Below, piece after piece: positions 1 to 18,279 of a stretch of DNA of 64,000 nucleotides (its first letter is position 1; every line of letters starts with the position of its first letter). Source of the stretch: the human T2T-CHM13v2.0 reference genome, Homo sapiens. The stretch is taken from assembly GCF_009914755.1 (NCBI RefSeq), contig NC_060940.1; one strand, 5' to 3'. The position numbers and the translations under genes are program-made. The notes beneath the pieces are model-generated. The model worked only from the letters and a program-made list of their open reading frames with translations, did no database searches and was not told the DNA's origin.

Positions 1-252
1 CTTAACTTCTCAGCACTGTCCTCAAAGAGCTGTTGAAAGCATCCACAGACCTTAATACAGAGTTAATAGGTAAAAAACTGTGAAGGGCCCCTGACATTCA
101 CATAGTTATAAAGCTAATGACAAAGCTGGTGTTTGAAAAAATACGTTCCTGACTCCAAAGTCCATGCTTTTTCCCCAGTAGAGAGCCAAGGGCAGTGATG
201 AAAGGGATTCACCTTACACCTTTCAGGACTAAAACCATTTCTTTCCTTCCAG

Positions 253-351
253 GTTTGAATCTCTATTTACTGACTTGGAACTGAGGCAGGTAGAGCTGGG
301 CATCTCCAGCTTTGGGGCCTCTGTCATGACCATGGAGGATGTCTTCATAAG
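253..351 (+). pseudogene. ABCA17P: ABCA17P exon relic (post-NBD1 regulatory region)
   Basis: ag|...|gtaagc, 99 nt, reads (R)[33 protein letters not shown]. Confidence 0.9.
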
Positions 352-1487
352 GTAAGCACGTATAAAACTGTAAGACTCCAAGGTTCTTAGGGTTGGAAGG
401 GATCTTAAAGGTCATCTGTCTAAACATTGCCTAATGCTTGAATCTTTTCTGTAGCAACCTCACTGAATGGCCTTCCAGCCTCTGACTAGTACTTCCAATA
501 ACAGGGATACCTGAATCTTGGCTCACTGCAGCCTCTGCATCCCAGGTTCAAGCAATTCTCCTGCCTCAGCCTCCTGAGTAGCTGGGGCTACAGGCGCCTG
601 CCACCACACCCGACTGATTTTTGTACTTTTAGTACAGATGAGGTTTCACTATGTTGGCCAGGCTGGTCTCAAACTCCCGACCTCAAGTGATCTGCCTGCC
701 TCAACCTTCCAAAGTGCCTGAGATTACAGGTAACTTTTGTATTTTTAGTAGAGATGGGGATTCACCATGTTGGCCAGGCTGGTCTCGATCTCCTGACCTC
801 AAGTGATCCACCCACCTTGGCCTCCCAAAGTGCTGGGATTACAGGTATGAGCCATTGCACCTGGTCTTTAAACAAATTTTATTGATCCATAATGTGCATA
901 TGTCTGGGATACATGTGATATTTTGATACATGCATATTCTACTTGAGACTTGATTGATGTCTGGCTATGGAAATCTTCCATGAGTTTAGAATCCCCAGCT
1001 ATTATTATCTGTTCATACAGGGCCTCTGCTCAAATATCTCCTCTCGTTTTGGAACTCCAATTAGACATATTAGATCTTATCACTCTACTATGTGAATTTT
1101 AACTTTTTAAATATTTTCCAACTCTTTGTCTCTCTGAGCTGCACTCTACATAATATCTTCTGATCTACATCCAGGTCGTTGATTCTCTCTGCAGATGTTT
1201 CTGATCTTCAGCTAAACACTTCCATTGAGAGTATTTTCTTTTTTGTGGAGATGAGGTCTCATTATGTTGACCAGGCTGGTCTCAAACTCCTAGGCTCAAG
1301 CTATCCACCCCCTTGGCCTCCCAAAGTGCTGGGATTACAGGCATGAGCCACTACACACAGCCAGTTTTTTAAATACTTACATTTTTGTTGAAGTATAACA
1401 TATATACCAAAAGGTATGCAATTATTAAACCTGTAGCTCAGTTTTCATTTTTTGAGTTTTTGAAATTTTTGTATATTCTAGATATAA

Positions 1488-1907
<420 letters not shown>

Positions 1908-1993
1908 TAAAAAATATTTCCCTACCCTTAGGTCACAAAGTCATGCTTCTACTTTTTGTTCTAGGAATTTTATCATTTTAGCTTTTACATTAG

Positions 1994-2269
<276 letters not shown>

Positions 2270-2371
2270 TAACTCCTGGGCTCAAGCAATCTTCCCACCT
2301 CGGCTTCCCAAAGTGTTGGGATTATAGGCGTGAGCCACAGTGCCCAGCCTTGTGTACGGTTTGATAAGAGG

Positions 2372-2635
2372 TGAAATGGAAAAACATACACTGTTTTTCT
2401 TCTGCTCTCACATCACAGCAATCAACACAGAAGACTTCTATGACAAAATGTGTGGGAATTTCCCGCCAACAGCAAGCAAGCAATCAGTTCTGCAGCAGAC
2501 ACCAGCTAAGTGTCCTCCAATTCAATTCTGACACTATTTGGAGATAGCATCAGATCCCACAGGTCGAGGGCTAGGTTCCACAAGACTTCTCACTTCCAGT
2601 GTCAATCACAAGCCCCAGGTTGTTTTACCTGTCCT

Positions 2636-2666
<31 letters not shown>

Positions 2667-3472
2667 TTTTAAGAGACAAGGCCTCACTATGTTGCTCAGG
2701 CTGGTCTCTATCTCTTGGGCTGGGCTCAAGTGATCCTCCTGCCTCAGCTTCCTGAGTAGCTGGGATTACAGGGTTAGCTACCACACACTTACCTGTACTT
2801 CTGACCGACCAGCTGTAAACTAGCGATCCTATTACCCCCTCCTTAGGTTCAATTAATTTGCTAAAGTGGCTCACAGAACGCAGGGAAACACATTTCCCAG
2901 TTTATTATAAGGATAGTACAAAGGATACAGAAGAAGAGACGCATAGGGTGAGGTATGTGGGAAAGGGTATGGAGCCTCTGTGGCCTCCCCGGGTGTGACA
3001 CCCTCCAGGAACCTCCAATTGTTCACCTATCTGGAAGCTCCTCTTGGGCCTTCTATGGAGACTTCATTGGATAGGCATGACTAAAGCATGGACAACTGTG
3101 TAGAAATGAGACTGGACAAAAAGAGTATGATGTAATACTAACAGTCTGAGTGGGGAAACGCAGCAAGGCCTGTCTGTTCAGATCCTTCCTGGCCTCTCTG
3201 TGCAGCGTTCTTTCCCCCAGGGTATGGTATAGGACACCTTCTAAAACGGGGAGGTCTTATGACCTACAATCAGGCAAGATGGGTCAGAGAATTTCTTTAT
3301 GGCCAGCTCCAAGACAGAAAGATGCAGGAAGATTATATTTTTAGTTTCTGTGGACTGCCTTGGGGAGAAATAACAGCTACACGAGTTACGGGCCAGGAAC
3401 TATGAACGAAAACATATTTTATTGACCCGTGTGATATAATGATACCACTGCCTCGTGATAATGATATATCAC
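2372..3472. mobile_element. MER21-like solo LTR interrupted by an Alu fragment (~2636-2790)
   Basis: TG...CA bounded ~1.1-kb block interrupting an old L1; motifs such as tcctccaattcaattctgacact, gcatcagatcccacagg and aattaatttgctaaagtggctcacagaac recognised as MER21-type. Confidence 0.6.
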
Positions 3473-3728
3473 AGGGGTTGAGGCTCATTTTCTTTCACAT
3501 AAGTATCCAGATGGGACAGACTATTTGTTGAAAAGACTTTTTTTTCCACATTGAGTTGTTCAGATGCCTTAACCAAAAATCAGTTGACTGTATGTCTCTA
3601 CATTCCCTCTTCTGTTTCATTGATCTGTTTGTCTGTCCTGTGCTAGTACTGCATTGTTGAGATTGCTGTAGCTTTGCAGTATATCTTAAAGTCAGGTAGT
3701 ATATTGTTCTCCCAGCTTTATTCTGTTT

Positions 3729-5305
3729 TTTCTTTTTTTTTTTTTTTTATTGATCATTCTTGGGTGTTTCTCGCAGAGGGGGATTTGGCAGGGTCACAGG
3801 ACAATAGTGGAGGGAAGGTCAGCAGATAAACAAGTGAACAAAGGTCTCTGGTTTTCCTAGGCAGAGGACCCTGCGGCCTTCCGCAGTGTTTGTGTCCCTG
3901 GGTACTTGAGATTAGGGAGTGGTGATGACTCTTAAGGAGCATGCTGCCTTCAAGCATCTGTTTAACAAAGCACATCTTGCACCGCCCTTAATCCATTCAA
4001 CCCTGAGTGGACACAGCACATGTTTCAGCGAGCACAGGGTTGGGGGTAAGGTCACAGATCAACAGGATCCCAAGGCAGAAGAATTTTTCTTAGTACAGAA
4101 CAAAATGAAAAGTCTCCCATGTCTACCTCTTTCTACACAGACACGGCAACCATCCGATTTCTCAATCTTTTCCCCACCTTTCCCGCCTTTCTATTCCACA
4201 AAACCGCCATTGTCATCATGGCCCGTTCTCAATGAGCTCTTGGGTACATCTCCCAGACGGGGTGGTGGCCGGGCAGAGGGGCTCCTCACTTCCCAGTAGG
4301 GCCGGCCGGGCAGAGGCGCCCCTCACCTCCCGGACGGGGCGGCTGGCCGGGCGGGGGGCTGACCCCCCCACCTCCCTCCCGGACGAGGTGGCTGCCGGGC
4401 GGAGACACTCCTCACTTCCCAGACGGGGTGGCTGCTGGGCGGAGGGGCTCCTCACTTCTCGGACGGGGCGGTTGCCAGGCAGAGGGTCTCCTCACTTCTC
4501 AGACGGGGCGGCCGGGCAGAGATGCTCCTCACATCCCGGACGGGGTGGCAGGGCAGAGGTGCTCCCCACATCTCAGACAATGGGCGGCCGGGCAGAGACG
4601 CTCCTCACTTCCTAGATGGGATGGCGGCCGGGAAGAGGCGCTCCTCACTTCCTAGATGGGATGGCGGCTGGGCAGAGACGCTCCTCACTTTCCAGACTGG
4701 GCAGCCAGGCAGAGGGGCTCCTCACATCCCAGATGATGGGCGGCCAGGCGGAGACGCTCCTCACTTCCCAGACGGGGTGGCGGCCGGGCAGAGGCTGCAA
4801 TCTCGGCACTTTGGGGGGCCAAGGCAGGCTGCTGGGAGGTGGAGGTTGTAGCGAGCTGAGATCACGCCACTGCACTCCAGCCTGGGCACCACTGAGCACT
4901 GAGTGAACCAGACTCCGTCTGCAATCCCGGCACCTCGGGAGGCCGAGGCTGGCGGATCACTCCCGGTTAGGAGCTGGAGACCAGCCTGGCCAACACAGCG
5001 AAACCCCGTCTCCACCAAAAAAATACGAAAACCCGTCAGGCATGGCGGCGCGCGCCTGCAATCGCAGGCACTCGGCAGGCTGAGGCAGGAGAACCAGGCA
5101 GGGAGGTTGCAGTGAGCCGAGATGGCAGCAGTACAGTCCAGCTTCGGCTCGGCATGAGAGGGAGACCCTGGAAAGAGAGGGAGAGGGAGACCGTGGGGAG
5201 GGGGAGGAGGAGGGAGAGGGAGAGGGAGAGGGAGAGGGAGAGGGAGAGCGAGAGCGAGAGCGAGAGCTCAACCCCTACATTTTACAGATGGGAAAACTGA
5301 GACCC
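3729..5305 (-). mobile_element. Full-length SVA retrotransposon (SVA_D-like)
   Basis: Poly(T) to ~3750, SINE-R ~3751-4250, GC-rich VNTR ~4250-4790, Alu-like region ~4790-5190, (AGAGGG)n/(GAGAGC)n hexamers to 5267. TSD tattctgttt at 3719-3728 and 5306-5315. Subfamily is tentative. Confidence 0.93.
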
Positions 5306-5653
5306 TATTCTGTTTGTTGAAGATTGTTTTGGGTATTGTAGATCCTTGACATTATCATGTAAATTTTAAAATAAACTTATCAATTTCTTAAAAAAAAAAA
5401 AAAGAACCTGATGGAAATGCTGTTTCATTTGTAACGATGTACCACCCTAATGCAAGATGTTAAAAACAGGGAAATGGGGCTGGGCACTGTGGCTCACACC
5501 TGTAATAACAGCATTTTGGGAGGCCGAGGCGGGCAGATCACCTGAGGTCAAGAAATTGAGACCATCCTGGCCAACATGGTGAAACCCTGTCTCTATTAAA
5601 AATACAAAAATTAGCTGGGCGTGGTGTCTCACGCGTGTAATCCTAGCTACTCA

Positions 5654-5755
<102 letters not shown>

Positions 5756-5832
5756 CTAAAAAAGAAAAAAAAAAAATAGGGAAATGAGGGTGGGAGATGT
5801 GTATATAGGAAACTCTCTGAACTTTCTGCTCA

Positions 5833-6052
5833 TGGAGGTAGATGCCCCAGCCCCAGTCAAGCCTTCAAGGGACTGCAGCCCTGGCTAATAGCTTAACCGC
5901 AGCCTCATGAGAAATCTTAATATAGAAACACCTAGCTAAGCCACTCTCAAAGTCTAGACCCCCAGAAACTGTGTGAGATAATAACTTTTACTGTTGTTTT
6001 AAGCTACTAACTTTTGGGATAATCTGTGTCACAGCATTAGATAACAAATACA
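5833..6052 (+). mobile_element. MLT1-type (ERVL-MaLR) LTR fragment
   Basis: Characteristic 3' part: cagaaactgtgtgagataata...tgttgttttaagc...acagcattagataacaaataca. Confidence 0.65.
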
Positions 6053-6311
6053 CCATGTTTTACAGAACCATACTGAAGGAAAAAAGTCAATTTCCTGGGT
6101 TATTTTGGTGTGACAAATTCTTAGTAGAATGATGGCCCAAAGCCTTTGACTAGAAATAGTTTCCTGGCACATTGACACTTTGCTGCCAACCAAACACATC
6201 TTTTTGCCTAGAGCAGGGGTCAGCAGACTTTTTCTTAAAGGGCCACACAGCCGGGCGCGGTAGCTCACGCCCGTAATCCTAGCACTTTGGGAGACCAAGG
6301 TGGGCAGATCA

Positions 6312-6518
<207 letters not shown>

Positions 6519-6772
6519 CTATGTCTAAAAAAAAGGACCACATAGTAACTATTTTATGCTATGTAGGCTTAGCAGCATAATCAAGGATATTATGTAAGTA
6601 ATTATATAACTAGTTCCAGGCCAGATACAGTGGCCCATGCCTGCAGTCCCAGCTACTTGGGAGGCTGAGGCAAGAGGATCCCTTGAGCCCAGGAATTTGA
6701 GGCGGCCATGAGCCATGATCACCACTGAAATCCAGCCTGGGCAACAAAGTAAGACCCAGGCTCTATTATTTA

Positions 6773-7174
6773 AGTGTGTGTGTGTGCATACACACACATA
6801 CTATATACTATTTATATATATATATGATTATATATACTTACATATATACACTGTAAATGTATATATAATATGTATATATACACGTGTGTGTATATATACA
6901 TATGTAGTATGTGTATATATATAGTATGTGCGTGTATATATACATATGTAGTATGTGTATATATATAGTATGTGCGTGTATATATACACATATTAGTATA
7001 TATATTTTACATATATATTACATTTTATTATATAGTACATATATACTTTACATTATACACATATATAGTGTGTGTGTATAGTATATATACACTTTACATA
7101 CACATATTAGTGTGTGTGTGTATATATACAAATACTTTAAATATATTTGTGTATGTACATACCTACGCACACAT
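6773..7174. repeat. TA/CA/TG low-complexity microsatellite tract
   Basis: Degenerate (TA)n/(TG)n/(CA)n with an internal ~40-bp duplicated unit. Confidence 0.9.
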
Positions 7175-7218
7175 ATTGGTTAGTTAACTCAATACTTGGG
7201 ACTTATTTAAGACTTTGC

Positions 7219-7639
<421 letters not shown>

Positions 7640-8078
7640 TCATTATATAATTACATAATATCCTTGATTATGCTGCTAAGCCTACATAGTGTAAATATAA
7701 CATATATATAGCTCAGAATCAACCATAGTTCATTCTGAACTCAGAATCTCTTGGGCTGGATATGGCCCACTGGCCATTGTTTACCAATTCCTGGCCTAGA
7801 GTCTCAACAGAACTCTGTTTTATAATTTTCAGTTTTGCTTATGAAATAGATATTAAATAATGTATCATTTTGTTTTAATTTGCATATAGAATCTTTTAGG
7901 GAAAATGACAAAATCTATTCATACTAGTGTTGCCTCAGTTATTTGGAAAAGCCATTGGTTAGTTAACTCAATACTTAGGACTTATTAAGGCCTTGCTATC
8001 CTGTTTATAGCCAGTATATACTTGCTACCCACTATATATAATCTAGATGCAGCTTTTTTTCCTCATTATTCTTATCCT

Positions 8079-8373
8079 TTTTTTTTTTTTTGAGACGGAG
8101 TCTTGCTCTGTGGCCCAGGCTGGAGTGCAGTGACACAATCTTGGCTCACTGCAACCTCCGCCTCCTGGGTTCATGCCATTCTCCTGCCTCAGCCTCCTCA
8201 GTAGCTGGGATTACTGGCACCCGCCACCATGCTTGGCTAATTTTTTTGTATTTTTAGTAGAGACAGGGTTTCACCATGTTAGCCAGGATGGTCTCAATCT
8301 CCTGACCTCGTGATCCGCCCGCCTCGGCCTCCCAAAGTGCTGGGATTACAGGAGTGAGCCACCACGCCTGGCC
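8079..8373 (-). mobile_element. Alu with TSD
   Basis: Full dimer; cattattcttatcct on both flanks. Confidence 0.9.
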
Positions 8374-8492
8374 CATTATTCTTATCCTAACTTAGTTTTT
8401 TCAAATATCATATTACTTTCATTCTTTAAATCCAAACAAAATGAACTTTGCCATGATTTTAAGAATTTGTTTTTGCTTTTGGTTTGGTTTAG

Positions 8493-8654
8493 GGTTTGTA
8501 TGTTGGCAGATGCCAGTACAGCTGTCCCAGACATCAAACATCCCTCTATCCATCCCCAGCCCTGCTTAGCAGAATTCCTGTTGACAGAATTAAACATCTT
8601 CATTCGAGGACCTTCTCAATACGGACTGGGCTGCCAATCAAACCAAACACTGGG
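8493..8654 (+). pseudogene. ABCA17P: ABCA17P exon relic with internal frameshift
   Basis: ag at 8491-92, gtaaat at 8655. VCMLADAST... and ...RIPVDRIKHLHSRTFSIRTGLPIKPNTG lie in different frames (ORFs 8467 and 8496). Confidence 0.75.
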
Positions 8655-9101
8655 GTAAATAACTGTTCAAAATGTATGCAAGAAAGCACATATTGGTTTA
8701 ATTCTTGGAAATATACTGTCATTCTGTCAAGAAGTTACATCAGCCTTTTACAGGGTTTTAAGAAAAAACGTGCACATTTTAAGCATAAAAGATTGGCTGT
8801 GCCAGGTTTTGACACTATCACAGTCTCTGCTGTAGTTCAAAGGCGAAGGGTGATGGTCTGGATAGGATTAACCCAGTGTAAGAAGGGATCATAGAAGATT
8901 ATAGTAGAGGTCTTGGCCATTCCTCTGACCAGGAGGAAGATAGAATAAAAGTACTAAATCTGCTGGCCAAAAAGCATGTATCTTTCACTATGAAACAGAT
9001 CATCTATTATATCACTTGGAATTTAAAATTTTTAAAAATACATCCTTATGAAATATATGGACAACCTGTAATGTTCTTTTAATGTTGAAAAAAGGATATT
9101 G

Positions 9102-10900
<1,799 letters not shown>

Positions 10901-11015
10901 TTATATGTAGTATCAGGGAGTGCAAATGGGCATGAGCCAGGGGCCACTTCAGTGCCTCCAGCTTCTATCTGTGACCGTGTTAATGGTGTGTTTCCCTTTT
11001 ATTTTTTTATTGTAG

Positions 11016-11322
11016 TTCAGTCTTCTCTGCCAACAATTTTATGCCATGCTCCTGAAAAAGGTCACATATTCTTAACACAACTGGATGTTGATGTTATCAA
11101 TACAGATCCTGGTCCCTCTGGTGATCATCATGTTAAGCCTCACATTCTTCAACTTCAAAGAAAGAAGCATAGAAAATGTCCCATTGGAGCTGACTCTGAA
11201 AACATATGGTCAGACCATTGTTCCTTTCTTTATTTCTCAGAATTCCAGGCTGGATCCTCAACTTTCAGAACGCTTTGCAAATATGTTTATGGTTGAGGGA
11301 CAGATTCCTCTGGAGGTCCTAG
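11016..11322 (+). pseudogene. ABCA17P: ABCA17P exon relic (start of TMD2) with premature stop
   Basis: tgtag|FSLLCQQFYAMLLKKVTYS*HNWMLMLSIQILVPL...EVL|gtaagt; TAA at 11073-11075. Confidence 0.88.
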
Positions 11323-11431
11323 GTAAGTATGTACCAGGCCCAGGAAAATGGGGCATGAAACAATCCTGTTGTTCTTTGTAGTGAAGCTGTGTGCTGGTGG
11401 GCCACGTGGTGCTCTCTGAAGTTAGAAATAA

Positions 11432-12772
<1,341 letters not shown>

Positions 12773-13765
12773 CTAGTGGGAGGAAGTCTGTGGGGGTTGT
12801 AAGAGAGGATACTTGTAAGAGAACACAATCCTTGCTTCCATCATGAAACATCAACAGCTAGGTGATGTGCTGTTTAGCAATGTGGAGAAACACCAGGTAA
12901 AAGATGGGAAAAGGGTTGCTTCTGGTGAACAGCCATTGGGGAGGCTCAGGGCTAGGGCAGAGCACTGCTGTTTCTTGTATAGCTATTTGATTTTTAAAAT
13001 TATATTCACGCATTATTTTGATTAAATAACATTTTAAAGTAATTACTTTTTTAAAATAAAGATTTCAAATGCAGAACATGATGTAACAAAATGGTTGGGA
13101 TCATAACACCCTGCCTCTCTAAGCCTTGGTTTCTTCATACTCCAAATGGGGAGAAGACAGACTTCACCTCACAGTATCATTGGGTGATTTCGTGAGTGAG
13201 TGCTTGTTAAGTGCTTTGCACAGGTGCACCCAGTGAGCACTCAGACAGTGGTGCTGGTACTATTGTTGTTGTCATTATGATTGAAGGTCCCTTCAGCACT
13301 AAAGAGTTTAGATTTCTGGACTCTAGGTGGGTTGTATATTTGACTTGGCACTGTGTGCTGGGAATACAGTAATGAACAGCATCATTACCTGAGGCCTTAT
13401 GCAGAAGTGATAGTTACAATACAAAGTGACAGTGACTGCGATTGGAATACTGTGGAATTACACAGACATATCTCAGTCATGGAGGGTCAGAGTAGGCTCC
13501 AGAGTAAGAGCCCACGGTATGAGTAGGCATTGACAAATAGAAGGGAAAAGTAACCCAGAGAACATTCCAAACAACAAGAAGAGCATTTGTAAGCATGGGG
13601 CACTGTAAGTCCTTAGGTTTGGCTGGAGCTAAAAGACGTGAGGCTGAGTTTGGATAGTGATGGGGTCTGTACCTCATGTGGAGGAATTTGGCTTTGTCGT
13701 GAGGACAGTGGAGAGCCACTGCAAGTTAATTGGTGGGGCGCATTATGGCCAGATGTGTCCTTTCA

Positions 13766-14357
<592 letters not shown>

Positions 14358-14586
14358 CTAAAAATACGAATAAATAAATAAAATAAAGGAAGAATAGACA
14401 AGACTCCAAGAGTAACTGGAATTCAGGGCAGAGTGGTGGGAGGAGGCCTGCTTTTAGAGGTCGGTGGAGGTTAGTGATGAAGTACCTAGGAGGAGCAGCA
14501 GGTTGTGGGAGACTGATAGTGAGTTCTCCCCATCCCAGTGGGCCTGGTGTGACACTCGTCCTGGTGGATATTTTGTTCCCTTCTAG

Positions 14587-14860
14587 GTTCTGTAGATGAG
14601 TTCCTATTGAAAAAGGCAAAAGAGGAGCCTGAGGACTTTGATAAGCTCTACTTAGTGGCAGCTTCCTTTGAAGACGTGGGAAATCACACCATAGTGACAG
14701 CGCTGTTCAACAACCAGGCATACCATTCTTCTGCCCTGGCTCTGGCGCTATTGGACAATTTTCTCTTGAAGTTGCTTTCTGGTGCCAGGGCTTCCATTAC
14801 CGTAGCCAACCACCCTCAACCTCAGCCAGCCATGGAGGATTCAGAGAATTTCCTGTATCA
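14587..14860 (+). pseudogene. ABCA17P: ABCA17P exon relic (extracellular domain 2)
   Basis: ag|...|gtatgt, 274 nt, open frame containing YLVAASFED and ALFNNQAYHSSALALALLDN. Confidence 0.9.
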
Positions 14861-15031
14861 GTATGTGTGAATTTTCTTCTCTCTATCTACACCTCTGTAG
14901 GGTTCCACCCTTTCCCACCTGTTTCTGTCTTTGCCTCTTGTTTTAATTACAAATTGTTATTTTGGGAGATGGTTGTTATTAGCAGTTCCACTTACTCTGC
15001 TATCTCTCTCCTTATGTCCCGTCTTTTACAG

Positions 15032-15236
15032 GGAACCTAAAGGACATTACCTTGTTATCAACTTGCTTTTTGGATTAGCTTTCCTGTCTAGCTCTTTTTC
15101 CATGTTGACAGTCAGAGAGAGGCGCGTTAAGGCCAAGCTTGTCCAGTTTATCAATGGAGTTTATGTGGCCACTTTCTGGCTCTCCACTCTGCTATGGGAC
15201 CTCATCTCCTTCCTCATTCCCAGTCTGCTGCTGGTG
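15032..15236 (+). pseudogene. ABCA17P: ABCA17P exon relic (TMD2 helices)
   Basis: cag|...|gtgagt, 205 nt, [54 protein letters not shown]. Confidence 0.9.
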
Positions 15237-15799
15237 GTGAGTGCTGGAGGGTGCTGGGATTCTTCAGCTGCATATCACAGGCAGCTTTTCCTGGGGACCC
15301 CTGCCCAGAACCGGAACCAGCTAGGAAGTCTAGGTTGGCAGCTCTGCCCCAGTGGGGACACAGGGTGTGAGATCTCCCTCATCCCTTGGCAGAAGAAGAC
15401 TCAAGTTCCCAGCTTTGTTAGGAGCAGAGGGATCTGCTTCAGGGTCTCCATGTGGCCCCCCCAAGAATTGCTACTTCAAGCTAGTAAGGGGCAGTACTTT
15501 GGGGACATATGTTTATTGTCCAGAAATACCTCACCAGGGTACTGATGGGTTGAAGTACTTAATTGTGGTTGCATTGAGTAATTTTCAGCTCCCTGGTTAT
15601 TTTATGCAGAATGGACCGCCTCCTGCTTTGTTCTGCCTGTGTGTTTTGTGAGCATCTCTGAACCCCTTATCACACTACACTGTACCACTGATTTCCAGGG
15701 CAGCTCCTGGAGAGCAGAGTTTAGAGCTTGTTCATGTCTGCATGTGCAGATGAGCAGAAGGGAAGTGCCCATGCGGTATTTCTAACACCTCACTTTTAA

Positions 15800-16051
<252 letters not shown>

Positions 16052-16672
16052 TAGCCAGGATGGTCTCGATCTCCTGACCTCGTGATCCACCTGTCTCGGC
16101 CTCCCAAAGTGCTGGGATTACAGGCGTGAGCCACCGTGCCCAGTCCCCTCTGCTTTTAACTTGGGAGTCATTCTGTCTCCTAAGGGACTCTTGGTGATAG
16201 TTTTATCTCCACAAACTATAGAGGCAGGAACTGCATCCTCCTTATCATCTGGAAGATGACACTCAAACAACTTGGGAGCCGGCAATTCACCCCTGCTATC
16301 TGGACGCAGATCACCTGTAAACCTCATTTCCCTCTGCCCTCAGCTCCCCCACCTCCGCAGATGCAGCCCATGCTGCGGCTGTGCTCCTGATTTTCCCACA
16401 CACACCGTGTTCTTGCAGATCCTCCCGCGTGAACAATTGGAAAGAAGTAAAGTGACAGATTCGAGGAGCATAGCAGAAGAAAGATACTTAGGTCTTAGAG
16501 GTTGAATGACTATAGAGGAAGAGGAGTCAGGGAGAACCAGTTTTCTGGTCTGGAGGCCTGGGAGTCTGATGTTGTAATGATGGATATACAATAACGTGGG
16601 TTAGGATAGATAATAGAAGATATGCCCTTTTCTTCCTGCAAGCAGAGTTAATATTTTCTATTCTCTTCGCAT

Positions 16673-16831
16673 AGCTAGGCTATGCAACAATCTCAAAATC
16701 CTTGGATTATACATTCCTAATACTTCCAGGGCACTGCCTGGGGATGGCTTTCACCAACTTATATTACAACTCTGAACTACAGAGGTTTTGCAGTGTCAAG
16801 AACCTGAGTGATATTGAGTGTAATGAAGTCT
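16673..16831 (+). pseudogene. ABCA17P: ABCA17P exon relic; acceptor probably damaged
   Basis: LGYATISKSLDYTFLILPGHCLGMAFTNLYYNSELQRFCSVKNLSDIECNEV|gtgagt; 5' boundary uncertain by about 2 nt. Confidence 0.8.
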
Positions 16832-16859
16832 GTGAGTATTGTAAATGGAATTTGTTAAT

Positions 16860-18248
16860 TACATTTTTGTTGAAACATAATTCATATAAAATATGCCCTT
16901 TTAAAGCTTACAAGTCAGTAATCTGTCATGAGATAAGAGTTTTTTTAAAAAGAATAAAATTTACAAGTCAGTGGTTTTTGGTATATGCAGAGTAACCTTC
17001 CCCACTATCTAATTCTAGAAAATTTTCATCACTCCAAAAGGAAACCCTATACCCATTAACAGTCACTCCCCATTCCCTTCTTCCCCCAGCCCCTCGCAAT
17101 CACTAATCTGCTTCCTGCTGTTATGAATTTGCCTGTTCTGGATATTTCATATAAATGGAATAATACAATGTGTGGGCTTTGTGTCTGTCTGCTTGTACTT
17201 AGAATAATGTTTTCAAGGTTCATCCATGTTGTAAGAGGTGTCAGTGCTCCATCCCTTTGCGTAGCTGAATGTTAGTCCATTGTATGGTTTCACCACAATT
17301 TATCTTTTCATCTGTTGATGGACATGTGGGTTGTTTCTGCTTTTGCTATTACGAATAACAGTATTATAAACATTTGGATATGAGTTTTTATGTGAACATG
17401 TTTTCAGTTCTCTTGGGTATATACCAAGACTATATTTGCTAGGTCATATGGTAACTGTGTTTAGCATTTTGAGGAACTACAAAACTGTTTTCTACATTAG
17501 CTGAACCATTTTACATTCCTACCAGCAAAGTCTGAGGATTCCAGTTTGTCCACATCCTCTCCAACGCTTTAAAAAATTATTTACTTTTTAAATTATAGTA
17601 CAATATACATAGCATGAAATTTCATTTATCAATTTTTTTTCTTTTTTCTTTTTTTTTTTTTTTTTTTTGAGACGGAGTCTTACTCTGTCTCCCAGGCTGG
17701 AGTGCAGTGGTGCAGTCTCAGCTCTCACTGCAACCTCTGCCTTTTGGGTTCAAGCGATTCTCCTGCCTCAGCCTCCTGAGTAGCTGGGATTACAGGCATG
17801 CACCACTGTGCCTGACCTCCTTTCAACATTTCTTATAGGGCAGGTCTGGTGGTAATTTTATGCCCCCTTTTCCAACATTTTTAAATTCCTTTTAAAAATT
17901 GTATTATAAAGCCATGTACAGTGGCATGCATCTGTAGTCCCAGCTGTTCAATCTGTAGTCCCAGCTGAAGTGGGAGGATCGCTTGAGTCTAGGAGCTTGA
18001 AGCCAGCTTGGGCAACATAGCAAGACCCCATCTCTTTTTAAAAAAAATTATTATAGCTATTCTAATGAGTATAAATTAGTATCACATTGTGGTTTTGGTC
18101 TTTGTTTTCCTAATGACTAATGATGTTGAGCATCTTTTCATGTGCTTATTGGCTATTTGTATATCTTCTTGGGAGAGCTATTTAGTCAAATCCCTCCTCC
18201 ATTTTTAATTAGGTTATTTGTCTTTTTTCTTTTTATCAGGAAGTTGTA

Positions 18249-18279
<31 letters not shown>

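Noticed and set aside
4250-4790. Regularly spaced repeats superficially resembling a CRISPR array
   Set aside because: This is the SVA VNTR: eukaryotic context, no unique spacers, no cas genes.
3754-5300. Stack of overlapping ORFs on both strands
   Set aside because: All derive from the SVA SINE-R, VNTR, Alu-like and hexamer parts.
14587-15236. Two adjacent intact ABCA-like exons suggesting a functional transporter gene
   Set aside because: Flanking exons carry a nonsense codon, frameshifts and dead splice sites, and the NBD2 Walker A exon appears missing.
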